From: Methanobacteriota archaeon
Lineage (GTDB): Archaea > Hydrothermarchaeota > Hydrothermarchaeia > Hydrothermarchaeales > JACRDW01
Length of the DNA stretch: 32,302 nucleotides
NCBI GenBank assembly: GCA_043820925.1
Contig: JBDRDL010000052.1
Coordinates: 1 to 32,302 of the forward strand
Direction: 5' to 3'
The notes below the pieces were generated by a model that searched no databases, had not been told where the DNA came from, and saw only the letters and a program-made list of their open reading frames with translations. Both the position numbers and the translations under genes were made by a program. Below, piece after piece: positions 8,273-16,951 of this stretch. Within the stretch, counting starts at the first letter, position 1; every line of letters begins with the position of its first letter.

Positions 8273-9247
8273 CTAACCTGCGAAGGCTTTTGAAACTTCT
8301 TTCAGGCTCTCGATGCCTTTTATTTCTTTGTCGTACTGCGGTATCTCTGCTACTACGAGGTCTTTGAATTTTTTGTCAATGAGAGACATGTACTGCGCCT
8401 GCTCTTTCAGCTTATTTACTATGAAGGGCGACTTGGTCTCTATAGCCGGCATTACCTGGTTCACTATGACGCCGCCAACCGGTATCTTGAAAGCCCTGAC
8501 CCAGAAGATGAATCTCTCGACCACAGAAATTGGCAGCGCCAACGGCAGGGTTACGAAGTAGAAGGCCGTTAGGCCGGGGTCTGTTAAGATTTTCCTCACC
8601 TCGTCAGTCCTTCTCCTGGAATCGAGCAGACTTTTTATCGTCGGGTCCTCTACAACCTTGTCCAGAGGTTCTTTCCTGAAGGAGAGGGTCTTCTTCAGAG
8701 ACATAGCTTCCTGCCTGCTCTTTAGCATCTTCCCGAGCCACATGTCGTATATCTTGCTCATGCCCAGCAGGCGGTAGGTGTGGGCAACCGGCGCTGTATC
8801 GAAGACTATGCACTCATACTCGCCCTTCAGAATCAAATCTGCCATTTCGTCGAACATAGCAGACTCCTCAAAGGCTGGGTTGCTCATGGCTGCATCCACA
8901 AAGGGTGCAGGGTCGATAGGGATGTCAGCATATTTGAGGAAATCGAGAATCTTCTGCTTTGTCTCTTTCCTGTACTTAAGTACGGTTTCGCCGGTCTCTA
9001 TTTCCAGTGCATATAAATTAGAGCATCCGTCTACCTTGACCTCTCCCTTGCCGACGAAAGTCTGCTCAAAACAGCTCGAAAGGCTGTGCACAGGGTTGGT
9101 AGAGCTCAGCAGGGTTTTTTTCCCCAGGGCTTCCGAAAGGTATACCGCAGCAGCGCTTGCGGCTATGGTTTTCCCCACGCCGCCCTTGCCCCCGAAGAAA
9201 AAATATCTCCTATTTTTGACAGAATCTGAAAACTTCATGTCACTCAC
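8273..9247 (-). CDS. ArsA/Get3(TRC40)-family ATPase, degenerate switch I/II
   Basis: GGKGGVGKT P-loop; STNPVHSL in place of STDPAHSL; DTAPVAH in place of DTAPTGH. Confidence 0.9.
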   Translation of the reverse strand: MSDMKFSDSVKNRRYFFFGGKGGVGKTIAASAAAVYLSEALGKKTLLSSTNPVHSLSSCFEQTFVGKGEVKVDGCSNLYALEIETGETVLKYRKETKQKILDFLKYADIPIDPAPFVDAAMSNPAFEESAMFDEMADLILKGEYECIVFDTAPVAHTYRLLGMSKIYDMWLGKMLKSRQEAMSLKKTLSFRKEPLDKVVEDPTIKSLLDSRRRTDEVRKILTDPGLTAFYFVTLPLALPISVVERFIFWVRAFKIPVGGVIVNQVMPAIETKSPFIVNKLKEQAQYMSLIDKKFKDLVVAEIPQYDKEIKGIESLKEVSKAFAG

Positions 9248-10223
9248 CGTATATTATTTTTGCCACATTGCTCAAAATTTCCAATCCCTTCGGCTCTCGG
9301 TCCATCATCGCCACCTTGGCGCCGATTAGATTTTTGAATTTATCCTCGATGATTTTCATGTTTTCCTGCTGCATTTTAATTCTATTTCTCAGGAATTCCG
9401 GAGTATCTTTGTCGTGCAGCAGCTCGCCCGGATACACCTGATTCACAATCACGCTGCTCAGCTCTATGCCGAATTTTTTAAATTCCTTTATCGCAACTTC
9501 TGTATCCCTTATCGCCATGGTCTCAGGGATTACGACATAGAACAGGGAAGTCTTATCCCTGCCCTTTATGACATCAGCCATGAAATCTAACCTGCTCTTG
9601 ATGTTCTGCAGTTCTCCAAGTACCCCTGCGTGCTCTTCTGTCTCCCTCTTGAACCTGTCTCCCGTAAGCTTCTTCAGCCTCTCGTCCACTTCGGCGGCAT
9701 CCTCGCTTACTTTGACAACTTTATTTATCCAGGTGTCGAGCAGCGATGCCATGGATAGAAATCTTATCGCATGTCCATGGGGCATCATATCGAATATGTA
9801 GTAGTCATAGCCGCCCTTCGTAATCAGGTCCACCATGCCGTCAAAGGTTGCGCTCTCGGACATTGCCGGCTGGGCAGAGCTGCCTTTTATATATTCGTCG
9901 ATTTCTTCAGGCACCTCGCCGTACTTGGCAATTATCTCTCCCCTGATTTGCTTCTGGTACTCGCTTACCTTTCTGTCAGCATCTATCTCCAGCACGTAGA
10001 GGTTTTCAGCAAGTTTTATTTCGCCCCTGCCGAAGATGTCCTTTTCAAATATGTCGCTCAGCGACGCCTGAGGGTCTGTGGAGAATACCACGACCTTCTT
10101 CCCTCTCTGCGCAAGCCACACAGCAGTTATAGCAGAGAGCGTGGTCTTCCCGAGGCCACCTTTTCCAGCGAAAAGCAGGTATTTAATCCCGGGTCCGGTC
10201 ACAATTTCCTTAAGGGAAGGCAA
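9240..10223 (-). CDS. ArsA/Get3(TRC40)-family ATPase
   Basis: AGKGGLGKTT, STDPQASL, DMMPHGH, VIPETMAI and VIVNQV; TTG start with GGAGG SD. Confidence 0.9.
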   Translation of the reverse strand: MPSLKEIVTGPGIKYLLFAGKGGLGKTTLSAITAVWLAQRGKKVVVFSTDPQASLSDIFEKDIFGRGEIKLAENLYVLEIDADRKVSEYQKQIRGEIIAKYGEVPEEIDEYIKGSSAQPAMSESATFDGMVDLITKGGYDYYIFDMMPHGHAIRFLSMASLLDTWINKVVKVSEDAAEVDERLKKLTGDRFKRETEEHAGVLGELQNIKSRLDFMADVIKGRDKTSLFYVVIPETMAIRDTEVAIKEFKKFGIELSSVIVNQVYPGELLHDKDTPEFLRNRIKMQQENMKIIEDKFKNLIGAKVAMMDREPKGLEILSNVAKIIYGE

Positions 10224-10227
10224 GGTC

Positions 10228-10494
10228 TCATCCTCCCCCCATTATCGTATCTGTTATATCCCTCTCCCTCATCAGAGTCCTCTTCCAGGTTTTGACGTGC
10301 GGCACTACATGAGGCAGCAGTTTAAGAGAGTAGTAAGGAGGCAGAACAGGTATGCCCAGCATGTCGCCTACTGTAATCATCATAAACAGGTGCTCCATGT
10401 GCATCCTCTGCCTGAGAGAGTACGTAGCCATGTCGTGAGCTGCCATTCCGTACATGAAATCTTGCGCTGCTTTTTTTATGTCTCTTAGTTTCAT
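10228..10494 (-). CDS. Small CstA/ArsA-associated protein (cory-CC-star-like)
   Basis: EHLFMMITVGDMLGIPVLPPYYSLKLLP motif; lies between cstA and the ArsA-like genes; ATG at 10494. Confidence 0.7.
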   Translation of the reverse strand: MKLRDIKKAAQDFMYGMAAHDMATYSLRQRMHMEHLFMMITVGDMLGIPVLPPYYSLKLLPHVVPHVKTWKRTLMRERDITDTIMGGG

Positions 10495-10530
10495 GATATT
10501 CACTATCTTTTTTATACGATATAAAGGTTG

Positions 10531-10557
10531 CTAAAAAAGAAAAAAGCAGAAAGAGAG
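10531..10557 (-). terminator. U-rich terminator after cstA
   Basis: Minus strand CTCTCTTTCTGCTTTTTTCTTTTTTAG immediately after the stop, followed by TTTATAT (possible promoter of the next gene). Confidence 0.45.
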
Positions 10558-12240
10558 CTAGCTCTCTTTCCCGCCGTCTGCTGCTGCAACTGCTTTTTTG
10601 GTTGCTTTTGTCTTCAGCCTTCCGTATGCGTTGTATATATCCACGCACATTATCAGTGCAGCTATTACCAGCGTTACTCCTATAACTCCTGCTATGAGGT
10701 TGCCTCCAGCCTTTACCGTTTCCCCTTTTGCGAGGAAAACCATTCCCTTGGTCAGAACTCCGTAGCTTGCGAAGATAAGCGCTGCAATCGTTGTTACTAT
10801 CATGAATACACCTGGTATGCCTGTGATTATCCAGGGCTTCTTTGTTTCCACGAGCCAGAGCGTCGCTATCCAGAGAGCCAAGCCTGCCATGAGCTGGTTT
10901 GAACCTCCGAACAGCACCCAGATGTAGATCCATGTTGCTCCTACGCTCGGCGATGCCAGCAGGAATACAATGATGGAAAACGCTATCGCAGAGATATACC
11001 TATTCTTTAGGGGTGGAATGGCATCACCCGCAAGTTCGCTCAGTGCTAACCTGGCAATTCGCATTGCGAGCAGCATCAGGCCCAGAGTCAGACCTATGAA
11101 CATCAGTCCTACTAAAGCCTGAGCTACTGGACTGCCTCCAAGTATCGAAGCTCCGCTCTTGCTGAATATCGCTGCCGGAGCGCCTAAGGCTGTGGCTTCT
11201 TTTGCGGTCAAAATCGCAACTATGCTCAGCGCAAGCAGGGCGAGCAAGCCCTCGCTGAACATCGCACCGACGCTTACTGGACGAACGTCTGTTTCTTTCT
11301 CTATCTGCTTCGCTGTTGCAGAGCTGCTCACAAGGCTGTGCCACCCTGATATTGAGCCGCATGCAATCGTCACGAACATCATCGGCCAGAGTGGAAAGTT
11401 CTCAGGTCCAACGATAAAACCTGCGTATGCAGGTCTGACGTATGCCGGATTTTTTACTATCAGGGCGAGAACCAACGCCACAAGTGTGAAATATACCACG
11501 TAAAAGAACATGTACAAGGCAGGCTGGGTAAGGCTGTATATCGGCGTGGTCGCTGCGATGATGCACACCGCAAGTATGAAGATTATCCAGATGTTTATAT
11601 CTGCTATGCTTACAGGGACATTTGAGCCTATGTACAGTCCAACTGCAATCAGAACCAGTCCAATTACCGTGGCATTTACCGGATTCATCTTCATCTTGTA
11701 TATCATGTGCCCGACGAGGAGAGCTGCTGCCAAAACGAATATCGTCGGCACTCCTACAAGTACATTAGCTTTCAGCAGTCCTGCTCCTAATGCGGTGAAG
11801 GCTGCTGCAAGTAGAATAAGGTAAAATACTATAAAAAGCAGGAGCAATTTTCTGGTTCTCGAACTTATCAGCCTGTAGCTGAGAGGACCGAAGCTCTGAC
11901 CCTCGTTTCTTACCGAGACCATCGTAGACATGTAGTCATGCACCCATCCGATGAATATGTTTCCGAGCAGAATCCACAGCAGAGCTGGAAGCCACCCCCA
12001 CATTATTGCTACTATCGGACCTACCACCGGCGACAGACCTGCTATTCCCTTGAATTGGAAGCCAAAGAGTATATTCTTGTTGGTCGGGAAGAACTCCACG
12101 CCGTCCAAGTAAGTTCTCGCAGGCGTGGATTTTTCCGGGTCAACCTGTATAATTTTCTGGTCGAACCACTTCGCATAGAGATGGTAGACTATGAAGAACA
12201 GTATAATCCCAGAAACCAAAACTAAAGCCGCACTTGCCAT
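10558..12240 (-). CDS. cstA: Carbon starvation protein A family transporter (peptide/pyruvate)
   Basis: TPA..YLDGVEFFPT, GWLPALLWILLGNIFIGWVHDY, VTIACGSISGWHSLVSS, WVLFGGSNQLMAGLAL; many TM helices; start 12240 or 12246. Confidence 0.93.
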   Translation of the reverse strand: MASAALVLVSGIILFFIVYHLYAKWFDQKIIQVDPEKSTPARTYLDGVEFFPTNKNILFGFQFKGIAGLSPVVGPIVAIMWGWLPALLWILLGNIFIGWVHDYMSTMVSVRNEGQSFGPLSYRLISSRTRKLLLLFIVFYLILLAAAFTALGAGLLKANVLVGVPTIFVLAAALLVGHMIYKMKMNPVNATVIGLVLIAVGLYIGSNVPVSIADINIWIIFILAVCIIAATTPIYSLTQPALYMFFYVVYFTLVALVLALIVKNPAYVRPAYAGFIVGPENFPLWPMMFVTIACGSISGWHSLVSSSATAKQIEKETDVRPVSVGAMFSEGLLALLALSIVAILTAKEATALGAPAAIFSKSGASILGGSPVAQALVGLMFIGLTLGLMLLAMRIARLALSELAGDAIPPLKNRYISAIAFSIIVFLLASPSVGATWIYIWVLFGGSNQLMAGLALWIATLWLVETKKPWIITGIPGVFMIVTTIAALIFASYGVLTKGMVFLAKGETVKAGGNLIAGVIGVTLVIAALIMCVDIYNAYGRLKTKATKKAVAAADGGKES

Positions 12241-12331
12241 ATTCACACCCCTTTTACTCGCTTTTTACCCACAGCGAGCATGTAGTACTCAGCACAACAT
12301 ATATATAAATTTAACTAATTAATTCCCGACC

Positions 12332-13447
12332 ATGAGTGGAAGATTAGACCTCCCGGATAGAATCCTGCTCGGACCAGGTCCGAGTAACGTAGACCCGAGA
12401 GTTCTTAGGGCAATGTCCTCTCCGCTGGTGGGGCATCTGGACCCAAGGTTTTTGGAGATAATGGATGAGACCATGGAGCTCCTGAGGTTAATTTTCCAGA
12501 CCAAAAACAGGCTTACGATTCCTATGTCAGGGACAGGAAGCGCCGGTATGGAGACCTGCCTGGTAAATCTAATCGAGCCCAGTGATGAGGTTGTGGTATG
12601 CATAAACGGGCTGTTTGGCGAGAGGATGGCTGAAATAGCGTCAAGATGCGGGGGCATTGTTAGAAGGGTCGAAGCAGAGTGGGGGAGGATAATCGAGCCC
12701 TGGCAGGTTGAAAAAGCTTTGCAGTCCGCTTCTCCAAAGCTCGTTGCAGTCGTCCACGCAGAGACCTCTACAGGCATCCTTCAGCCCCTGGAAGAAATCT
12801 CGAAGCTCGTTCATGACTCAGGCGCACTGTTCCTCGTGGATGCAGTAACTTCTCTTGGAGGCTGCGAAGTGAAGGTTGATGGCTGGGGAATCGATGCCTG
12901 CTACAGCGCAACGCAGAAATGCCTGAGCTGCCCTCCCGGGCTGTCTCCGGTAACCTTCAGCGAGAAAGCCATGGATGCAGTTCGGGGAAGAAAAAGCAAG
13001 GTCCGCAGCTGGTATTTAGACTTATCCTTGATAGAGAAATACTGGGGAGAGGACAGGGTCTACCATCACACCGCTCCTGTGTCTATGATATATGCCCTGC
13101 ATGAGTCTCTGCGCATCATAGCTGAAGAAGGATTAAAAAAGAGGTTCGAGCGCCACAGCTCCAATGCCGAGCTTCTGGCTGAGAATATGGCATCTCTGGG
13201 AATTGAACTCTGGGCGCAGGAAGGGTACAGAGCACCCATGATAAATGCTGCCTCGATACCAGAGGGCATAGAAGATACAAGAGTCCGGCGCCTCCTGCTC
13301 GACAAGTATAACATAGAGATTGGAGGAGGTCTTGGAGAGCTGGCAGGGAAAATCTGGCGTATAGGTCTGATGGGATACTCTTCCCAGAAGAAAAACGTCA
13401 TCCTTTTAACCAGGGCACTCAAAAACATATTGAGGAGAGGAAAATGA
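12332..13447 (+). CDS. Alanine-glyoxylate / serine-pyruvate aminotransferase (PLP class V)
   Basis: LLGPGPS, SGTGSAGME, VHAETSTG, VDAVTSLGG, SATQKCLSCPPG and RVYHHT. Confidence 0.93.
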   Translation: MSGRLDLPDRILLGPGPSNVDPRVLRAMSSPLVGHLDPRFLEIMDETMELLRLIFQTKNRLTIPMSGTGSAGMETCLVNLIEPSDEVVVCINGLFGERMAEIASRCGGIVRRVEAEWGRIIEPWQVEKALQSASPKLVAVVHAETSTGILQPLEEISKLVHDSGALFLVDAVTSLGGCEVKVDGWGIDACYSATQKCLSCPPGLSPVTFSEKAMDAVRGRKSKVRSWYLDLSLIEKYWGEDRVYHHTAPVSMIYALHESLRIIAEEGLKKRFERHSSNAELLAENMASLGIELWAQEGYRAPMINAASIPEGIEDTRVRRLLLDKYNIEIGGGLGELAGKIWRIGLMGYSSQKKNVILLTRALKNILRRGK

Positions 13448-13902
13448 ACGAAGTCAGAATAATATTTATTATCGCATTCGCAGCTGTTATCGTCTTCATG
13501 ATTGGAAACCACATCAACGCAAAGAAGCTGGACAGGTATGCCAGAAGCTTGGAGAACAGAGCAAAGGACAGGAAGGTGAAGTACGCTCCATACGGCACGG
13601 ACGGATTCAAGGCGAGGATACAATTTGAGGAAGGAGCAATGACCCAGCTGGACCTCGCCTTCAAGCTGGTGGACAGGTACAACTTCATGCACTACCTGCT
13701 GAGCATCTATACCAAGGATTCTGATACCATGGCTGTCTGGTGCCGGCTTAGAGATGAGACCAAGAAAAAGCTCCTGGTCAGCAGGCTGAATGCTGCTCAC
13801 CCAAAGCAGCTGGTAGAAGAAGAAAAGAAGGTATACGCTGTCTTTGACCGCATCAATGACGTGAGGGTGAATGAGGTTTATGACGCTATTTTGCAGATTT
13901 AA
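13444..13902 (+). CDS. Membrane-anchored hypothetical protein
   Basis: 152 aa, N-terminal TM helix then soluble domain; translationally coupled to the aminotransferase. Confidence 0.7.
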   Translation: MNEVRIIFIIAFAAVIVFMIGNHINAKKLDRYARSLENRAKDRKVKYAPYGTDGFKARIQFEEGAMTQLDLAFKLVDRYNFMHYLLSIYTKDSDTMAVWCRLRDETKKKLLVSRLNAAHPKQLVEEEKKVYAVFDRINDVRVNEVYDAILQI

Positions 13903-14851
13903 AATTTACGACGTTAGTGGGGATGCCTTTCAAAGCTGCTAGAATATTCTGTGCCGCCACTACCGCCATCTTGCTCCTCGTTTCAATTGTCGCAGAGGCG
14001 ATGTGGGGCGATAAAACTACGTTATCCAATTGCATTAATCCTTCCGCCAGCTCCGGCTCTTTCTCGTAGACATCCAAACCTGCTCCTGCGATGATTCTAT
14101 TCTTGAGGGCTTCCACGAGAGCACTCTCATCCACGACAGGACCTCTGGAGGTGTTTATGAGATAGGCCGAAGGCTTCATCAACTTTAATTCCTTTCTGCC
14201 TATCAAGTGATGCGTTGTAGGAAGAAGTGGAACGTGCAAGCTGACAAAGTCCGATTCCCTAAGGAGTTCTTCCTTTGATACGTATTTTATGCCCAGCCCC
14301 CCCTCGAGCTTCTTCTTTCTTGTTGGTCCGGTGTACAGCAGTTTCATGTCGAAGCCCTTCCCTCTTCTCCCCACCGCCGAGCCTATTCTTCCAAGACCGA
14401 TTATGCCGAGGGTCTTTCCATATATATCTCTCCCGGTCAGGAGGGTTGGAGACCATCCTCTGAATTTTCCTTCCTTTGTAAACCTGTCTGCTTCTGCTAC
14501 CCTTCTCGCACAAGCCATGAGCAAAGCCCACGCAAAATCCGCAGTAGTCTCTGTTAATACCTCAGGGGTGTTTGTAACCACGATGCCTCGGCGAGTAGCA
14601 GCCTTGAGGTCGATGTTATCATAGCCCACGGCGTAGTTCGAGATAACCTTGAGGTTAGGGGAAGCGTCCATTACCTCTGCATCTATCCTGTCCGTCAGGA
14701 GGCAGAGCAGCCCGTCCTTTTCTTTTACTCCTTCAACGAGCTCTATTTTACTCAGCGCCCTATCGTGGGGATTGACTTCAACACTCGCTTCTTTCCTGAG
14801 CACATCTAAGCCCTCCTCAGGAATCCTCCAAGTGACAAAAACTTTCTTCAT
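13886..14851 (-). CDS. gyaR: Glyoxylate/hydroxypyruvate reductase (D-2-hydroxyacid dehydrogenase)
   Basis: AVGYDNID, TNTPEVLTETTAD, GIIGLGRIG, LINTSRGPVVDE, GLDVYEKEP and PHIASAT; ATG 14851. Confidence 0.9.
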   Translation of the reverse strand: MKKVFVTWRIPEEGLDVLRKEASVEVNPHDRALSKIELVEGVKEKDGLLCLLTDRIDAEVMDASPNLKVISNYAVGYDNIDLKAATRRGIVVTNTPEVLTETTADFAWALLMACARRVAEADRFTKEGKFRGWSPTLLTGRDIYGKTLGIIGLGRIGSAVGRRGKGFDMKLLYTGPTRKKKLEGGLGIKYVSKEELLRESDFVSLHVPLLPTTHHLIGRKELKLMKPSAYLINTSRGPVVDESALVEALKNRIIAGAGLDVYEKEPELAEGLMQLDNVVLSPHIASATIETRSKMAVVAAQNILAALKGIPTNVVNFKSAK

Positions 14852-15756
14852 CGCATTTTCTCCATAAACGATACCAGTGCATACAAACACTGATTTACAG
14901 GCGTTTTGACATTCACCTCTCTCCCCTTCCTTACGACTATACCATTTAAAGCTTCCACCTCTGTTTTCCTGCCGGATTCAAAATCCTGCAGCATCGAGGT
15001 TTTGAAATCGCCGATGTTCTTCGACAGCGCAAGAGCATCCTGGATTGCCGCATCGTCTATATCTATGCCTTTTTTTTGCGCAACTTCTATAACTTCGTGC
15101 ATGGCAGCGACTGCAGTTTCCATCAGCTTTTTATCGCTCAAAACCTCAGCCACACTTGCTCTTGTGATAGTCGTCAGCGCATTAAATGCGGCATTCCATA
15201 CCAATTTTTCCCACTTGAGTTTTATTATATCCCTAGATATCTCGCATGGTACTCCAGCCGCAGAAAACATTTCTGCGATTTTCTTTATGCGGTGCGTTAT
15301 CTTTCCATTTAATTCTCCAATGGCGATTTTCCCTGCCGCAGAGTGGCATATAACGCCTGGCTCCTCGATGCCAACTCCTATGTACGCAACACCGCAGATA
15401 ACCTTTTCCCGTCCCGCTTCCCTTGCTATCTTCTCGTCGTTGTCTACGCCGTTCTGCAAGCTGAGAATGCACGTATTTTCTCGAATCATCGGGGCGCATA
15501 GTCTTATTGCCTCTTCGGTATCGTAGGTTTTCACTGTAAATATAACCAGCTCCACAGGACCTGCTTCTTTCGGGTCAGAGGTTGCCTTAACATCTGCTCT
15601 GAAATCTCCTCTGTAGCTCTTGATGAGCAGCCCATCTTTTCTCATCGCCTCCAGGTGCTTCCCCCTTGCGATTAGCGTAATATCTGCACCGCTCTTAGCC
15701 AAAACTCCTCCGAAATATCCACCGACTGCACCTGCCCCCATTACTGCGACCTTCAT
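14848..15756 (-). CDS. panE: 2-dehydropantoate 2-reductase (ketopantoate reductase family)
   Basis: GAGAVGGYFG, TVKTYD, SLQNGV, WEKLVWN and TSMLQDFESGRKTEVEALNG. Confidence 0.92.
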   Translation of the reverse strand: MKVAVMGAGAVGGYFGGVLAKSGADITLIARGKHLEAMRKDGLLIKSYRGDFRADVKATSDPKEAGPVELVIFTVKTYDTEEAIRLCAPMIRENTCILSLQNGVDNDEKIAREAGREKVICGVAYIGVGIEEPGVICHSAAGKIAIGELNGKITHRIKKIAEMFSAAGVPCEISRDIIKLKWEKLVWNAAFNALTTITRASVAEVLSDKKLMETAVAAMHEVIEVAQKKGIDIDDAAIQDALALSKNIGDFKTSMLQDFESGRKTEVEALNGIVVRKGREVNVKTPVNQCLYALVSFMEKMR

Positions 15757-16827
15757 TTACTCATCCTCCAGCGGCACTACTTCGGTCTCCAGCCTATCGC
15801 TCGTCGGATATTCTTCTACCAAGGAATATCGCAGACCTTTTCGCAATTTTGACAGCTCTTCCGCAATTTGTGTTGTTGTTTCAATTCTGAGTTTTTCTTT
15901 ATCTACTGCAATTAGATTCCCAGGGATTTTAAATTCTTTGATCAAATTTTTTCTGAGAGAGCTTAGTTTTTTCAAATCTGGTTTTTCAACAGCTATAACT
16001 CCTTTCAAAAGCAAACCATCTTCGCTGACCTCTTCATAATCCTTTGCAGTATTTTTTGCAGTCCTCAGCAGCCTCTTTCTGAGCTGGACAGAGTCTTTGT
16101 ATGCAGAGGAGCAGTAATGGATATTTAAATTTTGGCTTTGCGCAAAAATTTTAAGGGCTGTTTCCTCGCTCCCCCTGACAGCATAGGAAGTCTCGTTCTT
16201 CAGCTCAAAACCCCTCTTCTTGAATTCTTTTAAATTCGTTTCAGAAAACTCCAGCTCATTTAAATTTAAAAAGCTGTCTTTTATTCTGCTCAGCTTCCTC
16301 GCAATCTCTACTATCCTGCCATGCTGCCCGGGTATAACCGGGATTTCAACTCCTGTGTTTATGCCAATTTCTGCGGAATTTTTGATGGAGTTCCATATTT
16401 CTCCGTTATCTGTTATGTGAAATCTTATTTCGTTCAGTCCTGCATTTTTTAGTTTCTCAAGAGTTCCTCGGCTCAGCGCATTCGAAGTGTACATGTGGAT
16501 GTGAAATTTTTTACCAAATTCTTTTTTCAACAGCCTTATGTACTTTAAGGTTTTTTCCAGACTCAAATCCGGGTCGCCGCCAGTTATTCCAGCGCCCAGG
16601 GCGCTCATTCTTTTTGCCTCGTGAATCACATCGCTTGTTTTTCTGACGAGTCTTTCATTAACCCAGCTCTGGTCTTTGTTTTTCTTCTTCAGCGATATCG
16701 GGCAGTAAAAGCATTTTCTGGAGCATATGCCCGAGACAAAAAGCACGACCTTTGCACCTTTCATGCATAGCCTGCAGCCTTTCGGCAGGCTGCCAACGTA
16801 GCGGTTCGAGTAAATTTTTTTAACCAT
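15757..16827 (-). CDS. Conserved archaeal radical SAM protein of unknown function
   Basis: GCRLCMKGAK plus CSRKCFYCP (CxxxCxxC), ITGGDP, NLNELEFSETN and HYCSSAYKD. Confidence 0.88.
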   Translation of the reverse strand: MVKKIYSNRYVGSLPKGCRLCMKGAKVVLFVSGICSRKCFYCPISLKKKNKDQSWVNERLVRKTSDVIHEAKRMSALGAGITGGDPDLSLEKTLKYIRLLKKEFGKKFHIHMYTSNALSRGTLEKLKNAGLNEIRFHITDNGEIWNSIKNSAEIGINTGVEIPVIPGQHGRIVEIARKLSRIKDSFLNLNELEFSETNLKEFKKRGFELKNETSYAVRGSEETALKIFAQSQNLNIHYCSSAYKDSVQLRKRLLRTAKNTAKDYEEVSEDGLLLKGVIAVEKPDLKKLSSLRKNLIKEFKIPGNLIAVDKEKLRIETTTQIAEELSKLRKGLRYSLVEEYPTSDRLETEVVPLEDE

Positions 16828-16838
16828 GCGAGCACACA

Positions 16839-16901
16839 GACGTAGGTGGCATTAATGCTGGCGTATATGGCTACCTACGTCAAATTTTTTCCCTACGTCA
16901 A
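16839..16901. repeat. Inverted plus direct repeat cluster in the radical SAM/lysS divergent region
   Basis: GACGTAGGTGGC (16839-16850) pairs with GCTACCTACGTC (16870-16881); CCTACGTCAA occurs at 16874 and 16892. Confidence 0.8.
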
Positions 16902-16951
16902 CCTCCTTATATGCTATAGGTTATAAGTATACGGCAAGATAAATATTAAGC

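Noticed and set aside
8273..10223. Arsenic resistance operon
   Set aside because: No arsB/acr3, arsC, arsD or arsR; the context is cstA.
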